A DNA stretch of 64,000 nt from Phoronis australis. Lineage: Eukaryota > Animalia > Phoronida. The stretch covers positions 556,841 through 620,840 of the forward strand of contig NMRA01000104.1 of assembly GCA_002633005.1 (NCBI GenBank), in the 5' to 3' direction. The position numbers and the translations under genes were made by a program. Positions 46,801 to 59,700 of the stretch are shown piece by piece. Each line of letters begins with the position of its first letter. The stretch's first letter is position 1. The notes under the pieces are model-generated. The model was given only the letters and a program-made list of their open reading frames with translations. It ran no database searches and was not told the origin of the DNA.

Positions 46801-49800
46801 TGCCTTGGGCAGTAATAAAGGGGCACAAGGTGAAGCTTTTGGAAAACTGGTGCAAATAGTCACGAATTTTTGAATGTCATAAAATGTTTTCTTTTTTTTA
46901 AAGCCGTGGCAACATTTGTGATGTGTAGTGGCTAACCTGGACCCTATGTCATAATTAAAAGCTGGTCTTGGAATAGTATGACTTTGGTTAACACTTGTAA
47001 TGACATTTTATTTTTTAATTAGGGTGTAAAAACTATCATAAAAATGGCCACTAGATTGTGCAGAATATGTCCAACCTGTCCGAAAATGGGAAGCCATTGT
47101 CATCTTTCATTATTTTCTAACTTTCATGAAAATCTATCAAAGAAAGTCCTAACATTACAGACTGAGGTAAACGTGAAAAAAATTGCCAGTTGAACCTTGT
47201 GAACATGAACGTCAACTATGTTCTTATCAGAAACACATTTGCCAATTTTCACAATGATCCTTTGAGTGGTAATTGGGATGATTGAGAGATAGGTGCAAAA
47301 ATGGACTTGAAAATTTTTAAAAAGTCCACTAGGTGACGCAGAATACATCAAGTCTGTCTGAAAATGGAAAGGTGCTGTCACCTAGTTAATGAAGATCTAT
47401 CTGACAAATCTTATGAAATCTATCAAGGAACTCCAAAGATACAGAAGCAAACGTAAAAACCTAAAATTGCCACTAGAGGATCCAGCAGTGGACGGATCAG
47501 TCTTAAATTCGCCGCCATTTGTCATCAGCTTCATAGGAACACATCTGCCAAATCTCATTATGATGCGGCTAGAAATTTAGGAGATATAGCAATGGACGGT
47601 GTATGCCCAGACAGAGATAACAGCAAAATACACCAACGTAAAATATGTGGGTGCATAAAAATCAAATGACGTGAAAGCAGATGGACAAAGTAGAGATAGA
47701 AAATTAGGATAACTGCATTAATTAATAAATTGATTAAGCTTTCAAACATAATGAATCTATAAATTGTTAATAACTTTTTTAAAAGTTGGTTTAACTTACA
47801 AGCACAAATGACTTTGAACGACTGAACATCTCTATTTCATGACCTCGGCTGGACGATGAAGCTTTACGAACTGTCTGAACTTTAGACATGTCAACAGCAC
47901 CTGAGGCTGGTATTTTCTGAAAGAACAACTTCAACTATCAAAATTACTAAAAAAACAACGGGGCTTCAAAAATATGTTAATTAGACCAATGAGAAAAGCA
48001 AGCAGTTTTGAGGGCTATTTAATACTGACCCTATGGAAAAAAATTTTAATTATCAGCAAGTCAAATGATGCATGCATATCATGATAAATAATACTTACCA
48101 CTTTGCAGTACTTACTTTTGTTTCATCTTTATAGTATGATAACATGTTCCCCTCCAAGGCAAACCAGTATTTCTTCCACATGAATTTCTAAAACCAAATG
48201 TCAATAAAATAGTAAACAAAGCTTGTCCAAACAATTCGGTACCAACAACGTCATACAGCCAACTCTTCAGTCATTTACACACTAAACATGATTGTTTAAA
48301 ACGTCTGTAAACCCGTCTTACCAAAGCCAATTTTTCATTTAGATGAAATACCGTTGTGAAATTAGTTTTGAAATCGTCCTTGTTAAATTAGCTGTGTATT
48401 CTTTCCTCAGAAAGAAGTTTGTAAAATTTCAGGTCCCATCGTCACAACTGCAAGTTCTTCCGGAGTCGAGAAATTGATCACTTCTAAACTGAGCAAGGAC
48501 CAGTTAAGACCCATTTTATACTACTAAGTGGCCTAAATCTAAACTGCTTTTGACAGAAAGTTGTTCTAAAGTAAGGATACAAATGCTTTGGTGCAGGCTT
48601 AAAAGTCTGCTACTTCACACTCTGTGGAACGACAAGTTGGAGATACCGCCAACCATTGTCACACATTATTCGTGTTGAATTTCATACTGATTTCAACTCA
48701 CTAAAAGTAATGTATATTGTCTAAAAGTAGAACGAATATATAGAATTTGATTTTTGAATTTATACCAATCTGCCATTATTTGAGTCATGTGACCAAGTCT
48801 TTTTGTTGAAAAATAAGCAAAAAAGGTGCATTGAACATATATGACAGCATTGGTATCAATTTCATTTCATATAAACATTCAAGGAAAAAATTAAAAACCT
48901 GTTACAGTTTTCTAAATCACAGCTTCGTTTTCATATTACGCAGCTTTAAGGAGTTTCATCAAATTCATGAGAGTCCTAACAGCTGCATTTTTGATGGCCC
49001 CTGTTGCAAAAGTGGAACATTTTAAAAATTTTAAAGCTATTCCTAATTGCATTTTGGAGAACTGTGCATAAAGTATGGTAACTGAAAACTTCGTAAGAAA
49101 CCAACTAGCTATTTCAGATCTGCAATATAATGTTCCAAAGTTATCCAACTTAGGGCCATTTTAGGGCCCCACATAAACTTAAAGAGGCCAGGAATGCGAA
49201 AAACTAGTTTAAAATACGGTACTTAATTTTGAAACAGATCGTGGCAAACTTACTTCTTGGCAATGCTAACGTGAGAGTTATTTACTTTGAATATTGTAAA
49301 ATTTCTAGAAGAAATCATCAGATTCACTATTTTTGAAACACAGACAAGATATAAACTTTTTCATCCCAGTACAGTTTGCAAATTCTCCACCCCTAATAAA
49401 GTACATACATGCATATGCTCAAAGAATTACCCAGTGAACATTTCACAAGTGCATACTGTATTTGTTTACATCAAAAGTCAAAGGTCACATTTTTCATATA
49501 ACAGATTATGTCTTGCCATATAAATAAGGACACGTTCTTTGCCTTGTAAGAGAAAAATCGATAAAGTCACAAACAGTTGACATTACCTTTTTGAAAGTTG
49601 AAACTAAAGGAAAAATCCATTGATATGAACAGAAATTCAAAATCTTTTTAGAAATACCTGGTGAATAGTTTGACTTCCATTTCAGTGGCAAAGAGCCACT
49701 TTGAATAGGGCAATATGATCTGTTTTTCATGTTCTTTCTCGCAAATCTTAAATCATCTGAACTCAATGGCCACACAGTGAGTTCATCAATTGTTTCCAAC

Positions 49801-52238
49801 TGAGCAACTGCAGTAATTAGATTTTCAACAGTTAAGATCCTTACTTATCTTGTGAAATTAAATTGGTTTCAGTTGCTTCACTGATAAGGAGAGAAGTGGG
49901 CTTAGAAATACATAAGATGGACACTCTCAAGTGAAGCTACGTGTCATGTATCAGATTACACCAAGTGCTTTACTGTTTGTTTATCACAAGACAGCCATGT
50001 GGCATATGAGCCCATAACCTTAGCTTGTCCTTATAATGACTCTCACTAATAGATGCTAGTTAGTTAACTATTGGACTTGAATGTCGTTGTATGTGCTTTG
50101 ATGCAGTTTTTATATCTAATACATTACATATGATTGAATTCAACTGTGGTTACTCACAATATTACACTATGCTATAGGGGTAAAATCATTCAGTATTAAG
50201 TTGAGTGTCCTGCTATTAAATCACTACAGCTATGATAAATGGCGTATGACTCAGGACTTTAAGTTAGGGGGGTCAGGGCAGAGTATTAGCCAGGGTTTTG
50301 CTCGTAAGACACTCGCACCCTCAAACTGACAAATGGAATCTGGGAGAGTTTTAGTGGCAGTGAGAATGGCCCCCTTGGAACCCTTCTAAATCCGCCACTA
50401 TAGCTCCTGATTACACCTTCCCTGCAGTGACTTCACTCCGACAAAGTTCGAGTGTTGTGACATTCCACACTCACTGATGGGAATTTCAGGGCAAGATTCA
50501 TGAACCTCATTACTCCATGGTTCAAATCAGTACACAGCCAAGCAGCAGAAACCCATCAACCAATTGTTAGGCCGTACTCAGGTTAGCTGGATGGCAGGGC
50601 ACATAGTTGCATGGTTTCTGTTGAAAGTGAAAACTACCTATGAGTGGCTAGTCAGAAGAATACATGACTCTCGTTACAGCACTACATGCCAGCCAGCAAG
50701 CTGTATGAAAACTATCGTCAAAATACTATATATTTAGTATACAGCTTTGTACCAAGGCTATACTTGAGTATATATGGCGTTTGGCCATATGGCGCGAGAA
50801 CCCATTAAAAAAAACATCCTGTTTGGTTTCAACTCCAAATGACTGCAGTCTCAAATGTTAAGCATCGCCACAACCTTCTGTCTGGTATTACAAACAGCAG
50901 GACAAGTATCTACCACTGTTCAAAGACTTATTAAAACCAGAAGGTACCATAAATGAAACCTAACACACTTTTCTAGTCAATATTTTCTTCAGGTAAAAAA
51001 TGATGCTAACACCCTGGATACTCATCTAGGATTTGAAAATTGACTTTCCTGCAAAAAACATTTATTTACTGGTAAGCTGCCAACATTTGCTGATTGTCAG
51101 TGTGACATCTATGGGAAAAATAGATGGTACTAGCCTGTGATATTGACTTATGTCTGAATATTTATTGAACCAAAACAACAAATTGTAGGTTTCAATAAAA
51201 ATTGTCAACCAGAAATGGTAAAATTCTTCGTTTAGCCATCTGTCTTGAAACAGGCTGTTTCTCTCTCGGGCATGCTGTCCCAGTTGCTGTTTTTAAATTG
51301 GCCATTAGATGACTCCATGGTTCAAATCAAAACTCAATAGCGTGATGATGATTGTCACATTAATCGGAACACCTACCGTCTTATTCATGGAAGATTTATT
51401 GAATACAATATACATACTATGAGAACCTTTACGTACAGATGACAAGAGACATATCTTTAGGGTATTTAAAAGAGGAAGCTGAAATGCAGACTTCACCAAA
51501 CGTCACTGAACGCTGTAAGTGTGTATAGCAACTGGTAAACTTTATCAGATGGTTTTGTTCTGTCAGGAAGTTATCAGTAGCATACGACGTCATATCTCCG
51601 ATCCTGGAGCGCCCAATTAATGTAAAAATGATCAATGCTGCTCTGGGCAACTAAACAAAGGACTGGTTGAGAAAAAGTTTGATCACGGGATTATTTGTTG
51701 GAGTTGGATGGAATTAAAGACATCGGTGGCCTGCACTAGCCAAGGTGTCCCTCTGTGAACAGAAGCTACTTATATTTGCATAACAACGTGACTTTGATGG
51801 TTTAATTGGTGAGAGGCATAATTCGCTGAAAACCTTCTGGCATATGAAGCGCCTATGGGAGCACTACCGTCTCTACTGCTAATTAAGTAGAGATGGTGGC
51901 ACTGTCTACCTCATGTTCGCAAGTCAAACAAAATTAAAATGTCAGTCATGTGACCTGTCATTTAACTCATTAAATTTTCTTTCAATAAATCCTTCTTCAG
52001 GTTTGGCAGTGATATGAAAATAATTGCACTATGATGAATTTCTCCACACTGAAACTCGCCTAGAGCTCACGGCCATGAATGTGGTAATTTCCTGGAACAA
52101 CATTTTCATGATTGGATCGCGTGCCTGTGCTCCGAACGCCGTCAAATTTTAGCGCCAAATTTTGCTTCGTTATCGTGAGTGGACACTTACCACCATGCCT
52201 TGTTTTTCAAGGAACCCTTCTTTAACGACTTGGTCCAT
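43868..52238 (-). CDS. PH-domain protein with a long acidic, Tyr-rich disordered tail (docking/adaptor-like), 5 coding exons, ~478 aa
   Basis: Exons: 52238-52191 (MDQVVKEGFLEKQGMV), 48187-48116 (KFMWKKYWFALEGNMLSYYKDETK), 47916-47800 (KIPASGAVDMSKV...HEIEMFSRSKSFVL), 46592-46492 (SAASAEDCNSWIELLQQA), 44966-43868. Phases are consistent and the classic PH beta1/beta2 and C-terminal W-helix motifs are present. Confidence 0.88.
44640..44957 (-). repeat. Coding 72-bp (24-aa) tandem repeat SEEDFDGTYAECRDVISDKPATGT
   Basis: gtcctcttctga recurs at 44654, 44726, 44798 and 44870. Three near-identical units plus diverged flanking units. Confidence 0.9.
47040..47660. mobile_element. Partial copy of a Helentron/HINE(DINE)-like dispersed repeat
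   Basis: Shares aaacgtaaaaa..aaaattgccactag, cataggaacaca..tgccaa and terminal tatgtgggtgcataaaa with ~55540-55893. Confidence 0.55.
51780..51856. mobile_element. Diverged fragment of the same TIR family as 26859-27424
   Basis: taacaacgtgactttgatggtttaattggtgagaggcataattcgctgaaaaccttctggc matches ~27297-27370. Confidence 0.7.
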
Positions 52239-52319
52239 CTTTATAGCCCTGACTTATGAAATGGCAACGATAACGATGCTGTAATAAAATTCCCAGATGC
52301 TGTTTTGCAGATAACGAAA

Positions 52320-52345
52320 CCAGGAAGTGGTTTGAAACTTCCGCA
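52320..52345. promoter_or_regulatory. Paired ETS/GABP-like sites upstream of the PH-domain gene
   Basis: caggaagtg and acttccgc lie ~85-105 bp upstream of the ATG at 52238 in a CpG-richer patch. Confidence 0.35.
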
Positions 52346-54515
52346 TTGTGGCGAGATAATAGAGAAGTTTCTCAAACGGTGGTTGGCTTCAAGTTGGTAC
52401 CGCTAGTCGTCGCTTAGAAGAATTCAGGTGCAGGCCATATCCGGCGGTTACCTGTAATATATTACCGTTTAAATATTATATTGAATTCATCGCGCATGAA
52501 TAAATTAAAAAAACAAAAGTAGAGACTGTCGGCCTTTTATTGCCAGCTGTTGGAATCCCTTGCGCAAGTAATTCGACAGCTGGCAACCGACACAAAGGCC
52601 TGTGCATGTCCGGGACCACCAACTTGAAAATAGTTCCTACGCTAAATTTTTGGGGTTACCCCAGCCAGATTAACCCGTCCTAATCGATTCACAGGTTAAT
52701 GGTCGTAGCTCGATCGTCACTTTGGCTTACCCGAGATGCTGAAGAATATCCGCTTATTCATGACGGCCGCGACATCCCCTTGCTCCCAACTTGTTCGATT
52801 CTACAGCCCAACAAGTTGGGAAGTTTACCCCCGTAGCCAATATCTTACACGACTGATTAACTCCATTCTGGCATTTATGGTTGGAGGGCCTGCGCTCTAG
52901 ACTCCATGACTGGGCTGGGCTGATAAAAATGAAAGTTAAGTAAACTAATAGCATTTCTGAATTCCTCGTCAAATGCTGATCATGTTCCGTTTTTGAATCA
53001 CCAAAATCGCCCAACTACAACAAAAGTTAAGACAACTCTATTCTGTCCAAACGGACGCACTGGCATGGGTTTAACTGTGTTCAATACGCATTTGGTATAA
53101 TAGCGTGCAACCACCATACGTTTCCTTTGAAGCCTGGGAGATAATTGGCCTGCTTGTTATCATACGGAACAAAAGACTGAGCTCAGTGGGCAGCAACAAA
53201 AGAGCCAGATGTTATCGCACGTTCAGCACCCCTCACGTCTGGAAAAGTTTTTTAGTACTAAACGACAGAACGACTAGCTCTTTGATCGATACATCGAATA
53301 TTTAAAAATCCAAAGACTGCTACTGATTTACTTTTCAGCGGTATTGGTCGTTTGCCTTATTTATTCAGTGTTCGTTTACTTTAAAACTCGTACGCTACAC
53401 TAATCCTACGTTATATTTGGGGTAGCGTTACCCCCAAATGCACAAGCGAGCCGAAGCCAGGCACCCGGCATGAAATTAATGCTCGCTCCTTAGCCGCGTC
53501 TGACGACTGCTGAAGAAAATCTCTTTCGCTAATATTTCTTATAATGCCTCGATTTTAAAAATTCTTTTCAATTTTAAAAACAGCCATGGGTCTTTTTGCG
53601 TCGCCGGGGATTTTGACTTTGAAACTCGTAAGCTACCGTCAGTGAAACAGGCGTGTTCAGGGTTACGAATCGGTCCCAGCACATTCAGCCAAACTCATGA
53701 AAACTGAAGAGGAGCTCCCTTCAATCTTTGACGGTGCCACGAAGCCTTCGATGTGCCGGGGACTTCGCTGGATACAGGCTCTAGGGTAAACAGTGTCCCC
53801 GTTCTTGTCCCGCACTTGTGTTCAAGCGTAAGATTTGTCTAATGATTACGGGTGACCCTCATTCATCCAATGTGGGGGCATCCCAGACGCGGGGCCCCAG
53901 CCAGGTAGCCTACAGTAACAAAGCAATTCGCCATTGTTTCGACCTGTAAAGCGTAGGGGGTCATTTTTTCACAGTGGTCGAAATTTAATGTTACACCTGC
54001 AGTACCGTTCGTGCCTTTTCCAGGGTTATGCGTATTTCTCATCGTTTCACCGATCCTCCAATTTCCAAATTTTTTGGTGTTGATCACTTAAACCGTGATC
54101 AGATGAAAAGTATCCTACGCTGCATGACATCGTCAACGGTCGAGTTAAGGCAATTCCGGTTGACCGTTTCGCTCACCTTAAATCCACCACTCCTGTCAAA
54201 GAAACCATGAGTTCGTTAGCTCAGTGACGGAGAATGACTAGCCTGAGCCGGAGTGAACAGGCACGAAACTGCTTTGCCCATGAAAAATTCAAAATTCGTT
54301 TGTAAACACTCTGGGGGAGACAACAGTATTTTTGAAATTCATCTTAATAGATTTAAAACACAGGCTATTTGAATACTTCGTGAAAGTAGTCAGGTGATTA
54401 GGTTTTTGAATTTCTAAAACTGGACAAGAAGTGTGACTTACAACTTATAGTTATAGTCCACATACATTATTCTGCTTGGCTCGCAACATAATGAGCATAA
54501 CATAAAAGTCAAATA

Positions 54516-55893
54516 AACTAGCAGCTGGACTGAGGAAAGCCAAGTCGCCATCGACGATACAATTTTGGGGATTTATTTTATATTTTTAGTTACAGTAGTC
54601 GACCGTCATTACGACTGTATTATCAAAATGCAGAATTGATGAAAAATGAAAACGACGACAAACACGCATGGTACGCCCACTGCAACAATGAGTGCTTTAG
54701 ACATCTTGAAATTTTATGCCTGCATTTAATAATGAAAAAGATAGGTTTAAACCACTTTTTCGAAAAAATACATGGTCATGTTTCAAAGGTAAAGTTTTGA
54801 TTACTGCAACATTACTATGTGGTATCGTTGATTATCGTTCCAAACACCAGGAAATGATTGCCAGAAAAGGAAATGCAAATCTCGTTGATTGAAACACAAG
54901 GAAATCCATCGACGGGAACGTATTTTTCGAAGACCCGAGAAATGATGGCTGAAAATTTGTCAGGTCGGTCACACTGGCCATGATCAGTACAGCTAATAAC
55001 ACGAGTTGGTTTACCGACTATATAGTGAGCGGATTACTGCTTTGGGCAGACTCGTTTAAAACACTGTCCGTTCTTGTTACAAATTCAAGATTCTGGAAGT
55101 AATTTGCAGGAATGTGAATGCACTATATGTGGGACCGAATAATTCAAAATCTATCTCTGTATGTTTTTCCATATTATTTTGGCATTCTGCGTTATTTCGA
55201 TCCTTTGCGTGTCCTTTGACGCGGAATTTTGGTCACGTAACCCAATCCCATTGTTTAAAATTGAATTTTACCAGATTTTCACTGCACGCTGTACGGTTGA
55301 ATTTTTGCTGTTAAATGTTCTTAGGATGTTCACAGTTTTCATCTGATAGTAGACGAATTAGTTTATTCTAATACTATAATTGATTAGTCATGATGCACAT
55401 TTTAAACCGATGTTAAAAAATACAGTGCAGGCCTGACTGGAAAATCGTCGTCATCCGTCTTGATAATGAGAACATACATTCCAATATTTAAAATCTTTCT
55501 TAGAGTGGTTTGGTTGATAGAGGGGCAGACGCCAATAAAACTCAAAAACAGTAAAAATGGTCACAAGGTGGCGCAAAATGCCTCGACTCCATCCGAAAAC
55601 GGGAGGATAGCGTCATCTCATTAATAGATGCCTATGTCGCCAAATTTCAGGAAAATCAGTTGAGGACCTTTGAAGATACAGACTGACAAACGTAAAAAAC
55701 TAAAATTGCCACTAGGGGGTACAGCGGTATTCAGATCGGTCCGAAACTCGTCGCACTGTCGTCAAGCCCATAGGAACACACTGCCAACTTTCAATAAGAT
55801 CCTGCAAGGGGTTTAGGAGATAAGCAGCGGACGCCGGACGCCCAGACAGATGACAGCAATATGCACCCATATAAGTATGTGGGTGCATAAAAA
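54516..55893. mobile_element. Helentron/HINE(DINE)-like non-autonomous element; left boundary approximate
   Basis: Starts at aactag and contains internal gccaaatttca..aaaatc-type modules and a ggacgccggacgcccagacaga simple tract. It ends in the hairpin tatgcacccatataagtatgtgggtgcata followed by an A run. Confidence 0.5.
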
Positions 55894-56184
55894 AGAACAA
55901 AAATCCTCTTTATGCTGCAAAGCACCAACAACACTAGAACTCGGTGAGACTGTTGAAGGTAAAGTGCCAGATCCAAGTTCTGAGGACACGAAAACATAAC
56001 CACTAAATACGCACTTGACACGGGAGGCACAGCATTGAAGTAAGTGGGGGGGGGGGGCTATAGCACCCAGCCCCCTTTGGTGTGCTGCCCATGTTTAATG
56101 GTGTATGACAGCCTAGTTGCGAATGTTCCTATTGCAAGCATCCCCATTCTGACCAATCAGTTCTAGGCTCCTGTATGATTACCT

Positions 56185-56330
56185 GTATACCTTTGAATAG
56201 TATCCACATAACAGATAACGACATTGCTGTTCTGTTAGTTGATCTTATGGTCCTCAGCAGTTTTTCCCCTCAACTGACAGGACATAGCAAAGTTCTTTAC
56301 CTGTAACATGGACACTATTCAAAGGTATAC
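56185..56330. mobile_element. Short palindromic MITE/hairpin (~146 bp) downstream of PMS2
   Basis: gtatacctttgaatagt..ca..taacag.taa...ttgct.t.ctgt.agttga is mirrored by tcaactgacagg...gacactattcaaaggtatac (~60-bp arms). Confidence 0.7.
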
Positions 56331-56778
56331 CATGGTCAGTTGTAAGGTCAAAGTCGAGAATGAGATCGAGACTCCCCCATCATCACTCCAAGTTGGAGAT
56401 CATAGATGACACATACTGCACCTCATCTCCACCGAGTGGCCAGCTCCATGTCTCCCAATCCACCGACTAGTTAACATCCACAATAAACAAGAGTATAAAT
56501 TTCAAAAGAATGATTTTAATTGTTTTCTAAACTAAATAACAGTAATTGTCATCACATCAAATAGTTCATATTCATTTCTAATTAGCAGGAGATCACAACT
56601 TCAATGCACATCATAATACAATTCTAGCAAGCGTCACTTAAAAGTAGACTGTTGATAATGAGCACAATTGTCCATCAGCAGATAACATCAATGTTGCTTA
56701 GACTTTAGAAGCATCTCCAAATCTCATCATCTGGTCCTAGCTGTTCTAACTATGATGAGGTGTAGCTAAACACATCAT

Positions 56779-59700
56779 TTAGCTTTCACTTGGAAGTAAG
56801 TCCAGGTTTATCAAATGACGCATGGTTGGTCGGCCATGAGGACAATTCTGCAAGAATACAAGATCAAATCAAATCAAATCATTGTTTGTAGACAATATTG
56901 ACTTTTACACAAAAGTGCTTAAAACTACATTTTTCTCCCACTTAGTAGCCAAAAAACCAAAACAAGGTCTATAACACAGTGATTCTATGGCAGCAAACTA
57001 CATTTAAAATATGCTTCAGAAAATGAATCACAGAGATGTCCAGTTCTTCTGGACAGTTGTTGCATATCATTGACACGCTAGCTGGCATACAGAGCTGCAC
57101 CGAGTCACTCACAACATGGTGTACTGAGGTTGCACCTTACCCATGGTTGATCTATGTCCTCCATGTGCCTGACTAGAGTGTACATCTGTGATTGGTTGAG
57201 AGCTGTGCCAATCATGATAGACTTTCTGCAGGCCCTCGATGCAAACATCTGACGTACCCTGGACGGTCGGCACATTACACCCTACAATCCAGAAAAACTA
57301 ATAAGAGCTGCAGTAACTAAAAATTGGTAAAGTGTACCTCAAATTCCTCACCCTCACACTTAAGAACCATCTTCTCTTTTAACATAAGCCTATCAATTAA
57401 CAATAATCTAACAAAGACTACTTTAAACATGAGTATATGAAAAGTGAAGCAAAGTACGAAAATTGCAGGTAGTCGTAACATGTCTTCAACTGAACTGCAT
57501 TAGTCATGACCTATTTCTCATCCAACTTACCGGTGAATCACTCAGCATGAATATTAGTTCGTCAATATCTGGAAATAAAAATGCAAAATACATGATCTTC
57601 AGTGGTTTCGTAAATGTTAGCATTCAGAATAGGCATCTGATCAGAGTGTCAAATCAGGATTGAAACATACATGTATACCCCGCCAGTGTCTCGCATCAAA
57701 TTAGAATGCCAAATCAGAATCGTATTGAATTTCAGTCACTAAAATATCAATGATGGACAGTTTAAAGGCCATTGCATCATTTGCAGTTAGACAAGTAAGG
57801 AATCAAAAAACATGAGAAACTTAGCCTTCATTTGCGATTTAGTAAAATTGTCATCTTGTGTGATAAAGTTCTATTATATAATCTTCAATGGAATTTAGAA
57901 TTAACTCAGTCAAGAACAAGTTAGTACACAACTCAATGATTGGTGTATCTGACAGTGAATGGAATCGCCAAAAGGCGTGCTTGGCAATGAAAAAGTTAAA
58001 TACAAATAAAGAGACTTTTGAAGTCGGCAAAAGTGCGGCACTAAAATATATTAACAAGATGACTTCATCTTGATATTTACCTTCTTTTCCAAAAACCCAA
58101 TTCTTGCTAATGGGCTTTGAAACCAATTGAATTCTGTGACTGGCAGGAGCTGAGAATATAACCATACAACATGTAGTTCATTCAGATAGGAGAAAAGCGC
58201 ACCAGAAACACAGTCATGTGATCAAATTGACAAGTACAACACTGGACACATTTACTGGTAGAGAGAATGTGACGACATTTACTCTTCTTAAAATCAGTAT
58301 GTGATTAGTACCAATAACAGTAATACCTCCTAACAGTGTCAGAAGACTAGGGTCACAGTTTATTGGTTTCCATTGTATCCCGATGACAGTAGAAAACAGG
58401 CTAAAAGTCAGTACTTCAAAAGAATGCAAATATAAAACAAGACTCCATGGATGAAACCCAGACCAACCATTTCATTAACAGGGGGTGCCCAAGGTGGTAC
58501 AATGTGAGAGAATTCAGTAGCACTATAGAAAGTCTAACAACAGCTCCAGACATTAACTTGATTTTTAAAACACTTCACACACGCAAGGAAGTATGTGAAG
58601 ATGCTATATACATCTGAGTAAAGCGAAAGGCCTGACTCGAAAATGAATAGCACAATACCAGTTGCCTGGTAATTATCACCTGTTGTAGTTAACGTTCAAT
58701 GAAAAGCAATTTTCTAGGGTATGCTCACAAAGCTTGAGTGCACATCTACAATATATCTACAGCTGGTGACTGTTAGTGTGGGTGGCTGCCTCATAATTAA
58801 ATGTTGCTATGGGCGTTGACTCTGCCAGCTGTTATGGACAAGATAAACTGTAGCTTCATATTTAGGTACAACAGGTGGCACTGCCAGCTGTAATGGGCAG
58901 GATAAGCAGTAGCCAAATCACATTTAGCTACAACAGGTGGCACTGCCAGCTGTAATGGGCAGGGCAAGCAGTAGCCTAATAATAATATTTTACTGCAACA
59001 GGTGGCTCTGCCAGCTGCAACAGACAGGATAAACTGTCTTATATCCAATATATGAGATGGACGATACAGCTGATGATTCAAGTGAAACATCATTGAATGT
59101 AAATAGTTCAAGCAAATGTGATGCACTAACGGGCAGCACAGTGTCCACTAGGTGGCGCATATGCATAAGGAGTCCTTTGAACCTGAATAGACACAGAACT
59201 GAAAGCTACTCAGCAGTATGTGGTGTTTGTAGGATAAGGGTCCTGCACTATCTGAATTCATGCATTTGCAACAGTGCCAGCAACAAAATTTAAAATTCCC
59301 CACTAATTCATTGTACAAACCTTCTTACAAACATGGGTGACTGGACAAAGAGCAGCAGAATGGATATTTTTGAAATACAGAACCTTCGCTGAAATTACAA
59401 ACCTTCATCATCAATCTTGAACTCGAAGCCATTTGCGCGAAAGATATCAAGATTATCCAGTACTACTGACTCATTGGTAACTGTCAACTCCAATTTTTGT
59501 GGTCTACAAATATATGGAAGCATTTAATAGACACCGTTTTGCTTTTACTAAGAAAACAAAGAGTTAAAGGGCAAAGCAACCGTAAAAGTCATTTTTGGTT
59601 AAATTACGATTTTCTGGTTGTCCGAAGTAATTTTTCAAGGTATTTAAATTTTGCGGGCTCTAATTAATTATATCTACACATCACCGAAAACGATGTTCGC

